The notes under the pieces were generated by a model. That model did not search any database, was not told where the DNA came from, and was given only the letters and a program-made list of their open reading frames with translations. DNA of 64,000 bases from positions 620,001 through 684,000 of the forward strand of contig JAWMAR010000182.1 in NCBI GenBank assembly GCA_036785375.1, read 5' to 3'. This DNA comes from Leucoraja ocellata (lineage: Eukaryota). A program made the position numbers and the translations under genes. Shown piece by piece: positions 38,690-50,363 of the stretch (position 1 is the first letter of the stretch; each line of letters begins with the position of its first letter).

Positions 38690-40320
38690 GTATGGAATTT
38701 ATGACGCAGGCAGTGGTCATTCAGCCCATCATGTCCATGCCACCAAAAAATGGACAATGGGTGAATCCCACTTGATGTATCCCTGATCCACGATACTGCA
38801 GACTGTGGCTCTTCAGGTATTAATATGGACCCTTTGGAAATGTGGCAAGGGCGTATCCTTCTTTTGTGTTTTCAGACAGTAAAGTCAATGCAGCCACCAT
38901 TCAATTTCTTCAACTTCCCTTTTAAAATTAACTTAAACCCCCAAACCCTCTGGTTTCTGATGCATCTCTATCCAGAGAAGTAATCCCCTTCTGTTCACCA
39001 TATTTAGGCTGTCCATAATCTTAAATAATTCAAATTGTCACTCAGTCTCCTGTTTTCCCCAATGCAAACATCCTAACCTGGGCTTTCTTAAACGTATCCG
39101 TAATTTTCAAGCCCTGTCAAAAGTCTTCAAAGTCCCTGATTTTGCAATTCAGGATCCGCAGGCTTTTTTTGTGCTTCCATAACCTTTGTGTGGAGTGGTG
39201 ATCCAAAATGAGCACAGTACTTTAACAGATGTTCAATGCTTCATACTGTACTCGCATGAGCTCCGTGGTCTTGACGTCTATGTTTCAGCCAATTGAGGCA
39301 AATGGCCCATCACTACCTTTTCTACCTGTCTTGCTATCTTCAGGGGTTTGTGAAGAAGCATACCAAGTTCCCTGCAAAATTGGTTTATCATGTATTCCCC
39401 TCCCTGATACATTTCAATCCGGAGAAATGAGAAGTAATGTAACTATTCCATTGTTATCCTCTTATAGTTCATTACTTTCTCTCCCACTATCAATCAGTTT
39501 TAATTTTAGTATTATTTTGAACTTCTTAATTGTGGCCCTTCCATTTATGTCCAAAACAATTATGAAAAACAAGAGGACCGAATACAGAGTCATATGAAGT
39601 CTCATTGCTCTTCAGTCTCAAAGACTCCTGTTGATCATACACATAGGATTTCCACAACTTGCAAGTTACCCTTGGATACTCGTATACCTTACTGAGATTC
39701 TAATAAATGCTGTAGTCAGAACTGTGTATATTACTTCAAAGCTTTATCCTCATCAATGCTTCTTGTTATGTCCTAAAAATAAATCAATTAAGTTAGTCAG
39801 ATATGAATTTCCCCCAACAAATCCACACTGACTGCTCGTGATAACCGGTGCCTGTCTAAATTCTGATTTATACAGTAGATTTTTTTCAACAATTTGCCCG
39901 CTACCAATGTCAGATTGATTGGCTTGTAATTGCAAGGTCTATCCTTTCCTCCCTTCTTAAACTATAGTACCACGTCAGCAGCCTTCCAATCTCTGCAACT
40001 CTGTCTAAAACTACAGAACATTGAAAAATGGTAGTAAAAAACTTTGCTAGTTCCCCTCTTGCTTATTTTAGGAGTCTGGGTGTGATTTTTCCATTCATTA
40101 AAAAAAGCTGAACTCCTTGCATATGTTCTCTCTTTTTTATCCTTTCTATTACTTCGCATTATTTCTTCTTAATGCCATCATCATCCCTTTCTACTGTTAA
40201 GACAGACGGAAAGTATTCACTGGGAACATATATGACTTCCAGGCCTACAAACTCAAACTGCCATTCTGGCCTCTGGTAGAGAATACTGTTTCTTACTTAT
40301 CCTCCTTTCCTTTTACCAAG
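38690..40320 (-). mobile_element. Old CR1 LINE remnant
   Basis: Minus-strand frames give SQCGFVGGNSYLTNLIDLF (39753-39935) and CRDWKAADVVL (39962-40159), CR1 RT motifs. Confidence 0.65.
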
Positions 40321-40838
40321 AACATATTATGATTTTTCTCGACTGAGAGTTGAGAATAAATCCAGCAATTAAATCTGCAGCAGGGTGATGCTGGGGGAAA
40401 ACAAGCTTGAGCAAGGTACTGGTGAATAATAGCCGATTGTTATTTTGCAATTCTTCCCTCCATGTGCCAGCGAGTAAGAATATATTAATGCAGCAGAAAT
40501 TGCCTGGAATTATGTGTATGGTGATTTGAGGACAAGTCTGGGCAACTTTCCATTTTGCCAGTTAGAGATGTTGTAAATTATTTCCAACCTGGATCGAACT
40601 GATGCTCTTTCAGAGCACATGACCTCCATCACCACAGTCAGGTCACTGTCAAGGTTCACAGACTTTGCGATATCCAATGCACCCAGACATATCCTGATAC
40701 CATGAATGGAGCTGGCTTAAGGCTGGCATTTGCTGTGGTGAAAGTCTCAAAAGAAGGCAGAGACGGATGATCCATACAGCTTTTCTGGGTGAAAGTCGCT
40801 CCAAAGGCTTCTAATTTGATTTCTGCACTCGCACTTTA

Positions 40839-40938
40839 CCTGCGCCTTTATGGAGAATGAAATGTTTAAGACATTTTCCCAAACAGAAATGCAAAATTAG
40901 TTAGAATTGAGTAAAGAACTGCCATTCTAGAAAATGAT
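40839..40938 (-). other. Candidate non-coding exon
   Basis: Acceptor TTTATCATTTTCTAG| and donor CAG|GTAAAG; stops in all frames. Confidence 0.25.
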
Positions 40939-41244
40939 AAAACACTACGTAAATCCTGGTACAAATCCTAAAATTAATTTCAGAAGAGAATAATGCAGTA
41001 CCAATTTTAATATTCAGCTTGCCACATGAAATCTGAGCATAGATTGAGTATAGAACTGATGAAATAATGAAAGAGGATAGAACTGAACAGAACATTTGTC
41101 ACGTTTTATGTTAAAATATTTCCGGGGTGTACTGAAAGTTAGTCACAATGCATTCTACACTTGCTTTGAACCGAAGGTCGGTGGAATTATGTCATCTATT
41201 CCAACAGTTTAGGTTACACCTGTTCCTATGGTTATTGTCGCAGA

Positions 41245-42440
41245 TGTCAGACAAGAATGAACCCATGGAAGGCAACTAGCTCTGTTAGAGTCCACAGCCG
41301 TGTTCACAGGACCTGCCGGGAACCAACTGGTAGGAGGATTTACAACATCTTTAACCTCTTCCTACTCCACTCTCAGGTTCCCTTAAGAAGATCAATACCA
41401 TCCCCATGCTACAGAGGGGCAAGGTGGTGTGTCTTGATGACTACTGATGAATGGCTTTGAAATTTACCATGACGTGCTTTGAGAGGCTGGTCATGACACA
41501 CAATGTCATCTTCCCGACATGCAGTCTTGATCTACTGTAGCTTGCCTACTGTTGCTACAGGTTCATGGCAGACACCATCTCCCTGGCAGGCACAAAATGC
41601 TGGAGTAGCTCAGTGCAACAGGCAGCATCTCTGGATAGAAGGAATGGGTGCTGTTTCAGGTCAAGACCCTTCTTCAAACTCATCTCCAGACCATCTCCCT
41701 GGCCCTACAATCAAGGCTGGAACATCTGGGTAACAAGGGCACTTACATCAGACTGCTATTAATGACTATAGGTCTGACTACACCACCATAATCCCAACCA
41801 AACATCTCCATATTCATCTCCAAGCACTTGGAATAAGGACCTCCCTCGGCCACTGAAGCCTTGATTTCTTAATCCATTGACCACATTCAGTGAGGATAAG
41901 TGACAAAACATCCTTCATGATAATTTTCAGGGATGCTTCCTATACATTATGCATTCAAATTCTGCTCTAAACCCATTTACAACTTTGCAAACAACTCCGA
42001 GACAAAGTACAGGAAGGAGAATGAGAACTAAGTAACACGGTGCCACGACAACCTCTCCCTCCATGTCAGCAAGATGAAGGAGGTAGTTACTGACTTCAGG
42101 AAACGAGGTGGCGTATATGCCCCAGTGAGCATCATGGCGCCAAAATGGAGATGGTCAAGAGTTTCATGTTCCTGGTCAAGTTTCAAGATGGTCAAGAGCT
42201 TCAAATACCAACAATGTGTCCTGGACCAACCACGTTGAAGCTACGGCTAACAAAGTACATCGACATCCCAATTTCCTCAGTGGAGGAAGAAAGTTCAACG
42301 TATCTCCAAGAACTCTTACCAACTTTTACAAATGACGTGTAGGAAACATCCTATCAGGATGCATCAGTTTGATTTGGCAACAACTCTGCCCCAGCCAACT
42401 AGAAATTGTCGAGTGTTGTGGATGGAGCCCAGTCCTGCAC
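41245..42440 (+). mobile_element. Rex1/Babar-type LINE fragment interrupted by younger insertions
   Basis: Decayed ...IYNIFNLFLLHSQVP..., CFERLVM, WCHDNLSLHVSKMKEVVTDFRKR, MEMVKSFMFL; probable tail TGTAACAATAAACTCAATTTGACTTGA at ~42780. Confidence 0.75.
41588..41682 (-). mobile_element. Penelope-type hammerhead repeat inserted in the Rex LINE
   Basis: CACAAAATGCTGGAGTAGCTCAG...GGCAGCATCTCTGGATAGAAGGAATGGGTG...GGTCAAGACCCTTCTTCA. Confidence 0.8.
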
Positions 42441-42760
42441 TGTGTGGTCAAGGTGGTTGTGGTAGTCAGTGGGGTTGTAGTAGATGATAGTTAATAGACT
42501 GTACCCTGTGATAGAGACAGAGAGAATGAAACATCGGAGAGAGATGCCAAAGGTAATCCAAGGGAAACTGAGGGCAGGGTGAAAGATTGTGGTGAAGTTG
42601 ATTTAATCAACAAGTCCTGCACGGATGTATATGCCGATGTAGCAGACAAAATTGGGGAATGGTGCCAGAGTACATTTGGAACGAGGTGAGTTCAATGTTC
42701 AGGCACAGTAGGGGCCTCTGCAAATGCCAATGGCTACATCTATGACTTGTAGAAAGAGAA
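42440..42760 (-). mobile_element. Penelope-like reverse transcriptase fragment
   Basis: Minus strand reads FLQVIDVAIG...FQMYSGTIPQF... and FTTIFHPALSFPW...LSVSITG...IYYNPTDYHNHLDHT, matching the PLE RT pattern GVAMG...FHPALKFTW...YYKPTDSHSYLDY. Confidence 0.75.
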
Positions 42761-43514
42761 ATTAAAATCAAACTTGTGCATGTAACAATAAACTCAATTT
42801 GACTTGAATGACTGAAAGGTAGGAGGCCTCAAGCTGATTTAGACCGTTGCCTTTCCCAGGGTCTTTTGTTCAGCCTGGGGTTCTTTGAATGTTGGGACTA
42901 TTTGGGAGGAAACAAATTTGACGATTATCATTGTTTAACTAAAAGTAACTGCCAACAAGGTTGGCCGTAATTTCCACTTGGACAACCAACATGAAAAACC
43001 TTGGTGATATCGCTTAGCTCTGTTCTTTAGTTGTGTTTGGGAAGCTGTTGAGGTCACTTCCCATTCCAAGCAAGGGTACAGTATGTATGGGAACTATCAT
43101 CTCTCGAGTGTGAAACAAAGGAAGTGACTACATCATCATCGGCAAGGGCTGATGAACACAGAAAGGAATGCACCGAGGGATCCACCTACTGAACAAAGTA
43201 GGAACTGCGGCAGACAGTTTCTTGACTGCATATTGTGCCTGCAAAGAATTGGAAGATCCAGCTCACGGGCAGGGGTACATGAGATACTGGCTCCTTGAAT
43301 AGAGGAGATAAATCACACGACAGATGTGACAATTGCTCAATAGCACACTATTGGCATGAAGTCACTGTTAACAATGTCCTGAAGTATGACTATTCAGTGT
43401 GCCCTCATCCTGCTGGTTCCATTGGTATGGTACACTGTGCAAAAAGGTTCAGAGCCTTTGCACAGGGGTTTTGTGCAAACATGAGTCCTGTTACACAGCA
43501 GTTTCATCGTTGAA

Positions 43515-43772
43515 CTAGCAAGTAGCATTCTGGACAACTGATCCAGAGACACTAGATCAAATCCTACCATGCCAGCTGTGACATTTAAATTCAAGTAATT
43601 AAACAAATCTAGATTTAAAGAAAATTTCTGTAACGGTTATCATGAATTATTGAATTGGTGAAACACTGATCTGTTTCTCTAATGTTCTTCACTATCAGAA
43701 ATCTGCCACCCTTACACAATCTGGCCCATATGGAACCCCAGACCCACTAGTGTGGTTGACTCTTAACTGTTC
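43515..43772 (+). mobile_element. Old tRNA-SINE, MER131/MetaSINE-like
   Basis: CTAATGTTCTTC...GAAATCTGCCACCCTTACACAATCTGGCCCATATG...CCAGACCCAC...TGTGGTTGACTCTTAACTG, matching a recalled consensus; interrupted by the CR1 at 43780. Confidence 0.55.
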
Positions 43773-43779
43773 AACCCTT

Positions 43780-44030
43780 TTTCTCACAGAGAGCGGCGAG
43801 TTTGTGGAATTCTCTGCCTCAGAGGGCGGTGGAGGCAGGTTCTCTGGATGCTTTCAAGAGAGAGCTAGATTGGGCTCTTAAAAAATAGCGGAGTCAGGGG
43901 ATATGGGGAGAAGGCAGGAAAGGGGTACAGATTGGGAATGATCAGCCATGATCACATTGAATGGCGGTGCTGGCTCGAAGGGCCAAATGGCCTACTCCTG
44001 CACCTATTATCTATTGTTTATTTTCTATTC
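43780..44030 (+). mobile_element. Young CR1 3' end
   Basis: TTTTCTCACAGAGAG...TGTGGAATTCTCTGCCTCAGAGGGCGGTGGAGGC...GATCAGCCATGATCACATTGAATGGCGGTGCTGGCTCGAAGGGCC...(CTATT)n tail; CpGs retained. Confidence 0.9.
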
Positions 44031-45396
44031 CCTCAATCCAGGAGCCAATAAAGGTAATTGCCAAAAATTAAAAAAAAACCCATCCTGATAAGCAGCAGCA
44101 AATGATGGTGCATTCAAGTAAGATGAAAAGGTGTAACATTTGGGGAATTTTAGGCACTGCAACAGGACAATAATATTGCTGCGTGTCTAAGACCACTTCT
44201 TAACATAATTGATGGTTGAATTTACATATATTACTATTAATGATCTCCTATAGACCTCCTCTCTTTTCTTCTTGTAGAGGTTCCCTTAGAGCTAAAATCC
44301 AGCTCTACTTGAACAGGCCACATAGATACCACTCATGTAATGGAATGCCATTATTGAAATTGAATGTAGAAGCATGAGATAATGGTGATCAAACCTTGAT
44401 TGCTGCCACTTTAAATGATTTCATAAATTTCAAATACAGCACGACTGACATGATCATATATTGTATTTGCACGTTTACTTATAAACAATGTTTTAATCCT
44501 CTCTGACCTATTGCGCTAAATCAGCTTTGAGACTAATTTTACAGATTTTAAAATATAAATTTCCTGTGATCCAATTAAAAATTCAACAGATGTAAAAACT
44601 ACAGTAGATGCCAGTGGTTTAATTAAATAAGAAACCTACATTTAATCATTGAAAGTTAACTGAAGAAAACACAACATATGAACCGTAGTCTGATAAACAA
44701 GTGTTTTACAGTATTTGCTTTGCTGCGAAATGTGTAAATAAGTTTTTTTTAATCATTTATGACTTAAGCTGCAGCAGAATGATGATAAATAGTGCAAATG
44801 TTAGAAAACATCAATGAAGTATAAATTACAGCTTTGAAAAAAAATGCATTTTGGTTTTGTGATGGCAGCTAATAATGCATTTTCAATTAATATGGAAGAA
44901 TGCAAATTTGTTGCACAATGCCCAGGGTGCTGCTTCTTTTTTATCTGTTTCCCTAATTCTTCTCTTCCAATTATCTTTCTAATGCGACAAAGGCAACTAA
45001 GAGGATCATATATTTCTTTAACCTTCCTAAGTCGATGTTTCCTACTGAGCTGCAATCATTTTGTTAGTTTAACCATAAAGCACTTCGTATTTTACTCTGC
45101 CTGGAGATCTACAGGCCATTTTATTAGTAGCCCATCACAGACTTATCACTATATTGTGCGAATGGTTAATGCTGCTGCTGTAAATGAATGATTTTAAAAT
45201 AATATTCCTTTAAAAAGTATCAAGCCCACTTAACTTTACTCAACATGCTACATTAAACATTTTAAGTTTGGATAAAATACACGTTAGGATGTTTGGATTT
45301 TCATAATTATTAGTTCTTTGCTCTACCACAGTTGGCAGAGTGGGTACCAATGATTCAATTTGGGAACGGTTTTGTATTGCTTCACCTAAATATCAG

Positions 45397-45708
45397 TGCG
45401 GCGTGATGGCGCAGCGATATGGTTGATGCCTTACAGGGCCAGAGACCCGGGTTCAATTCTGACTACGGGTGCTTGTCCATATGTAGTTTGTACATTCTCC
45501 CCGTGACCTGCGTTGGTTTTCTCTGGGATCTCCGGTTTCCCCCCACACTACAAAGACATACAGGTTTGTAGGTGAATTGGCTTAATATAATTGTAAATTG
45601 TCCCTACTGTGTGTAGGATAGCGTTAGTGTATGGGGTGATCACCGGTCGGCGAGGACCCAGTGGGCCGAAAGGCCTGTTCCATGCTTTATCACTAAATTA
45701 AACTGAAC
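45397..45708 (+). mobile_element. tRNA-derived V-SINE (HE1-like), near full length
   Basis: A box TGGCGCAGCG, B box GGTTCAATTC, V-domain, tail GTGGGCCGAAAGGCCTGTT...CTAAATTAAACT. Confidence 0.9.
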
Positions 45709-45784
45709 TCTGAATAAGTCTCCAAGCTATAATTTGAGGTTTTTTTTTAAATATATATTACAACTTTGTAACTGTTATTATATT

Positions 45785-45883
45785 CTGAGAAGGTAAGAGG
45801 GTTTCAACACAAAATGTCGCCAATTCCATTTCTCCATAGATGCTGCCTCACCAGCTGAGTTTCTCCAGCATTTTGTGTCTACC
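45785..45883 (+). mobile_element. Penelope-type short repeat (degenerate)
   Basis: ...CTCCATAGATGCTGCCTCACCAGCTGAGTTTCTCCAGCATTTTGTGTCTACC. Confidence 0.75.
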
Positions 45884-46249
45884 TAAGATAATTTGAAGTG
45901 CAGGTTAAAAGATTGAGCACTTCATAAAAATTTGATTCTGACCCACTCAATATAACCGATCTGCAAATTAAGTACACAGCTTCACTGGAAGTAATGTGCA
46001 ACAGTAATCCAAAGAATGGTAAGGTGGTACTCTCAAAAATATTATCAATGAAGACTTTAAAAGCATAGAATAAAACATCGATCTGTGCATGCATTTTTCT
46101 ACTGACAATAAATTCTGCTGTAATCCAACAAAGGGATACGTGTATAGAATTTTGCTTTCTTACTATTCTGTGCATAAATAAGTTTCTACTGAATTCTCTC
46201 TTGACTATCTCATAGCTTTATTTATGTACAGAAATACCTTCTCTGGTAC

Positions 46250-47862
46250 AGTAATGACAACCCTAATCTTTTATGTGGTTATGGACTAGGATAAGAGTGC
46301 CGCAAGGTAAAAAGTGCTAAATTGGGGAAAGGCTACTTACAATAGCATTAGGCAGGAGTTGGGAAAAGTAGATTAGGAGCAACTGCTATTGGGTAAGTCC
46401 ACATCAGATGTGTGAGAGTGACTGAAAGACCATGTGGTCAGAATTCAGGAGCAATATGTACATGAGAGGAAGAGAGATATGGATGGCAAGGTTCCTTGGA
46501 TTACGAGAGATTTTGCACATTTAGTCAAAAAGACAAAGGAGGCATATGTACGGTTTAGGAAGCTGAGTTTGGCTTGAATACAAAAAAGGCAGGAGAGCAC
46601 TTAAAACAGGAAATAAGATGGGTTAAAATGGGCCATGAAATGTACTTGGTGAATAGGAGTAAAAAGAATCTTAGGGCATTTATCCATACATTAAAAACAA
46701 GGTCACAAGGGAGAGCCGATGGAGGGAATATATGCCTAGAGCCAGTAGAAATTGTCAACGTACTAAATCTGTACTGGAAAAGGACGTGGCTATAACAAGA
46801 TCGGGGGGGGGGGGATATACTAATATTGTAGGGCATGTTGATATTAAGAAGGATATGATGCCGAGTCTCTTGAAGAATGATAACATAGATGAGTCCCCAG
46901 GACCCAACCCAATGGGATCTATCCCATGTTATAGAGAGGCGGGGGGGAGAGAGGAGATTGCTAGGGCTTTGACAGAGATCTTTGGATCTTTAATCAGAGG
47001 AGGTCCCAAACGGCTGGAGAATAGCTAATGTAAGGAAGGAATGAGAGACACGTCAGGGAATTGGAGTCCGGTGAGCCTTGGGCATCAGTGGTAAGTTAAT
47101 TGTTGGAGAAGATTCTTGGCATAGGACTTATTGTATCTGTAAAAGCATAGACCTATATGGGATAGTTACAATTACTTTTTGCAATATCGATGATGTCTTA
47201 TAAATCTGATTCTGTTTTTTGAGGAGTTGACTGACGAGAGTAGTGCAATGGATATTGTTTACATGGACTTTAGTAAAGCTTCTGATAAGGTCCCCTGTGG
47301 TAGTCTGATCCCAAAAATTAAGACACGTGGCATCCATGAGGACTTGGTAGATTAGTTTCAAAACTGGCTTGGCCACTGAAGCAGTAGGTAGTGGTAAAGG
47401 GGCGTTGTTCTGAGATGGTGGTGTCACTGAGCATCGATCAGTCCTGAGACTACTGTTGTTAGTGATATACATAAATAATTTGGACAAAAATGTAGGTAGC
47501 CCGATTTAGTAAGTTTACAGATGACACAAAAATGTCTGAATAAAGGTCTCGACCCAAAATGTCACCCATTCCTTCTCTCAGAGTTGGTGCCTGACCCGCT
47601 GAGTTACTCCAGCTTTTTGTATCTATCTTCGGTTTAAACCAGCATCTTGAGCTCCATCTTACACAAAAATATGTATGCTGGTCAGCGAGAAAGGTTGTCA
47701 AAGGATTCAACAGGATATCAATCAGTTGGAAATGTGGACAGGTAGAATTTAATCGGAATAAGCTGAGGTATTGAACATTGGGAGGTCAAATGCGAGGGTA
47801 AAGTATATGATAAATGACAGGACCATGAGGAGCATTGAAGTACAGAGGGATTTCAGAGTGCT
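46250..47862 (+). mobile_element. CR1 LINE ORF2 fragment (tether plus RT)
   Basis: VLNWGKATYNSIRQEL; DESPGP; DIVYMDFSKASDKVPCG; KFTDDTK; many frameshifts. Confidence 0.9.
47535..47665 (+). mobile_element. Penelope-type hammerhead repeat inserted at the CR1 DDTK motif
   Basis: GTCTGAATAAAGGTCTCGACCCAAAATGTCACCC...GCTGAGTTACTCCAGC; ACACAAAAAT on both sides. Confidence 0.8.
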
Positions 47863-47888
47863 TTGTTTTCACAGAAGGTAAAAAAGCC

Positions 47889-48030
47889 AGTGTAAGAAGG
47901 AACTGCAGATGCTGGTTTACACCAAAGGTAGACACAAAATACTGGAGTAACTCAGTGGGACAGGCAGCATCTCTGGAGAGAAGGAATGGGTGATGTTTCG
48001 AGTCGAGACCCTGCCTGAAGAAGGGTCTTG
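47889..48030 (-). mobile_element. Penelope-type hammerhead repeat with short inverted stub
   Basis: GTGTAAGAAGGAACTGCAGATGCTGG...GGGTGATGTTTCGAGTCGAGACCCT followed by plus-sense CTGAAGAAGGGTCTTG. Confidence 0.8.
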
Positions 48031-48699
48031 TAAGAAATTTAGTCCGTTCATCCTTCCCCACATGTACCTTTAGAATTTTTCTCCCCATCCACTCCTTTGC
48101 CTCTATTATTTATATTGTATGGGAACGATAATTGGAGACATTATTTTAAGTGCAGCTTAATGTGGGTTTGAAATATCTTTAGATTAACTTCCCTACCTTT
48201 CAATTCTGGCCCTTTAGAAACAAGGGTTAGGTGTTTTTACTGGGCTTGCTCGTTTATGTTACAACGTTTAAAGACTAGTGCATTTACACTCCAAAATCCT
48301 TTTGGTGATCTACCCCTCCTTGACTCACAGCTACAAAGTAAAAAAAAACTCACTATTCTTCTGGCCAAATTGCTTCATCTTGCATTATCAATGTTGAAAT
48401 ACAATTTAACAATTATTTTTCCATTCTGCATATTTATTAATGCCCGCTTGTAAATTACAGTAATCCTCCTTAGTACTGGCTAACCAAAACATCCACACAC
48501 TCTAATAATCCAAATTTGATACAATTATAAATTTAGGTATTTTGATGATTTTGATTCTAGATATATGTACATTTGAACAGCAGTGGTCCCATCACTTATC
48601 CTTCTACCATTATCCACATTCCTCTACAGCAAACAATCACCCTTTACACCCACTCTCTAATTTCTGTCTTTGCAATTCATCATCTCTGATTTATAACAA

Positions 48700-49260
48700 T
48701 CTGGTCATGTTAAAGCTTCATAAAACTGCAGTTAGGTCGCATTTGGAGTATTGTGTGCAATTCTGGTCGCCTCAGTACAGGCAGGATGCAGAGACCTGAG
48801 AGAATGCAGAAGATGTTTACCAGGATGCTGCTGGATTAGAGGGGATTAGCTATAAGGAAAGACTGGACTGGGGTTATCGGGACTGGGACTCTCTGGAGAG
48901 CCTGATAGAAGTTTATAAAATTATGAAGTGTCGCATAGATAAGGTAAAGTCAGAATCTTTTCCCTCGGGTGGAAATGTCAAATACCGGAGGTCATAGCTT
49001 TAGAGTGAGAGCGGGATCGTTTAAAGAAGGTGAATGGGGCAAGTTTTGTTTTTGCAGAGTGGGTAGGTGACCGAATTCCGGGCCAGTGATGAAACAAATA
49101 TGATAGTGGCATTTAAGAGACTTTTAGATAGGTACATGGATATACAGAGAATGGAGGGATATGGATCAAGCGTAGGCAGATCAAATTAGATCAGATCATC
49201 ATGTTTGGTATAGATATCATGGGCCACAGGTCTGCTCCTGTTCTGTATTGTTCTCCGTAT
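48700..49260 (+). mobile_element. CR1 LINE 3' portion
   Basis: MLKLHKTAVRSHLEYCVQFWSPQYRQD; CTGATAGAAGTTTATAAAATTATG; 3' UTR. Possibly the continuation of 46250-47862. Confidence 0.9.
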
Positions 49261-50145
49261 CATTTGTCTATAATGAGGGACTTTTTCAAAGGCTTTTGGA
49301 AAATCAAGTTAAAATTACCCCAGCATTATTTTCTACACTTAATTACATCCTCTTGTATTACTTCTGGTTAATGTAGCACTTCATTGGGATCACTGAAAAT
49401 AAGAAGCATTGCATTTAGAGATAGCCTTGAGTGGGAGACAGAATAGTGAAAGGACATGGGATGCAAATTACAGTGCCCAAACTCAAATGACTGAAGTCAT
49501 GAGTGTACACATTTACAAATAGGCAGAATTCAGGAAAATGGTGTTTTGACTTTGGGGGATTTCAAGGATTGAGAATGATACAAAAATAAGGATCAAATCC
49601 CTTTGGTTATGAAGGGATTTGAATACACTAATAGGAATTTTACATCTATGGTAGTGATGGATAAAGTGCTGGTAAGCTAACATTTGCAGGGATGAAGGAG
49701 AAAAATAAGGCAGAACATATGCACTGCAACACCAAGGTGAGATGAAGTGTTCAGGGAGTATAAAGTTATATGTTATACAAATGTGCAAGATGGAAATGTT
49801 ACGGAGGTGAAAATAGGCAGTTTTTAGAATGGAAAGAAGTGGGTTTACAATCTCAGTTAAGGATCAAAAAGCAGGCTGAAGCTTTGAACATCAAAATGAG
49901 CGTACAATTACACAATTGGATGGCTGGAGATGGAGATAGCATTAGTAGCAAGTATCTGGTACTTGTGGTCAGAATCCGAAGGCTTGTTCATTCCGATATT
50001 TAATTGGTGAAAGTTAATGGTTATATTTGTGCTCATACTTGAGTGTGAAGCAGTGACTGGCTGATAGTTAAGAATGCAACCGTGCAACAAGAACAAGCTC
50101 AATACACAAATAAAAGACCATTTAGTCACCATCTTAAGATGCTTA

Positions 50146-50363
50146 ATGCCCCTGTCCCACTTAGGAAACCTGAACGGAAACCTCTGGAGACTTTGCGCCC
50201 CATCCAAGGTTTCCTTGCGGTTTTTATCAGTCTCTCTACCTGCTTCCACTACCTGCAACCTCCGGCAACCACCTGCAACCTCCGGGAACCGCACGGAAAC
50301 CTTGGGTGGGGCGCAACGTCTCCAGAGGTTTCCATTCAGGTTTCCTAAGTGGGACAGGGGCAT
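50146..50363. mobile_element. MITE with ~75-bp terminal inverted repeats
   Basis: ATGCCCCTGTCCCACTTAGGAAACCTGAACGGAAACCTCTGGAGAC... and its reverse complement at the other end; TA/TWA flanks; CpGs intact. PIF/Harbinger affinity is an inference. Confidence 0.9.

Noticed and set aside
45397-45470. tRNA gene
   Set aside because: A/B boxes are followed by the V-SINE body and there is no full cloverleaf; this is a SINE head, as at 8373 and 59357.
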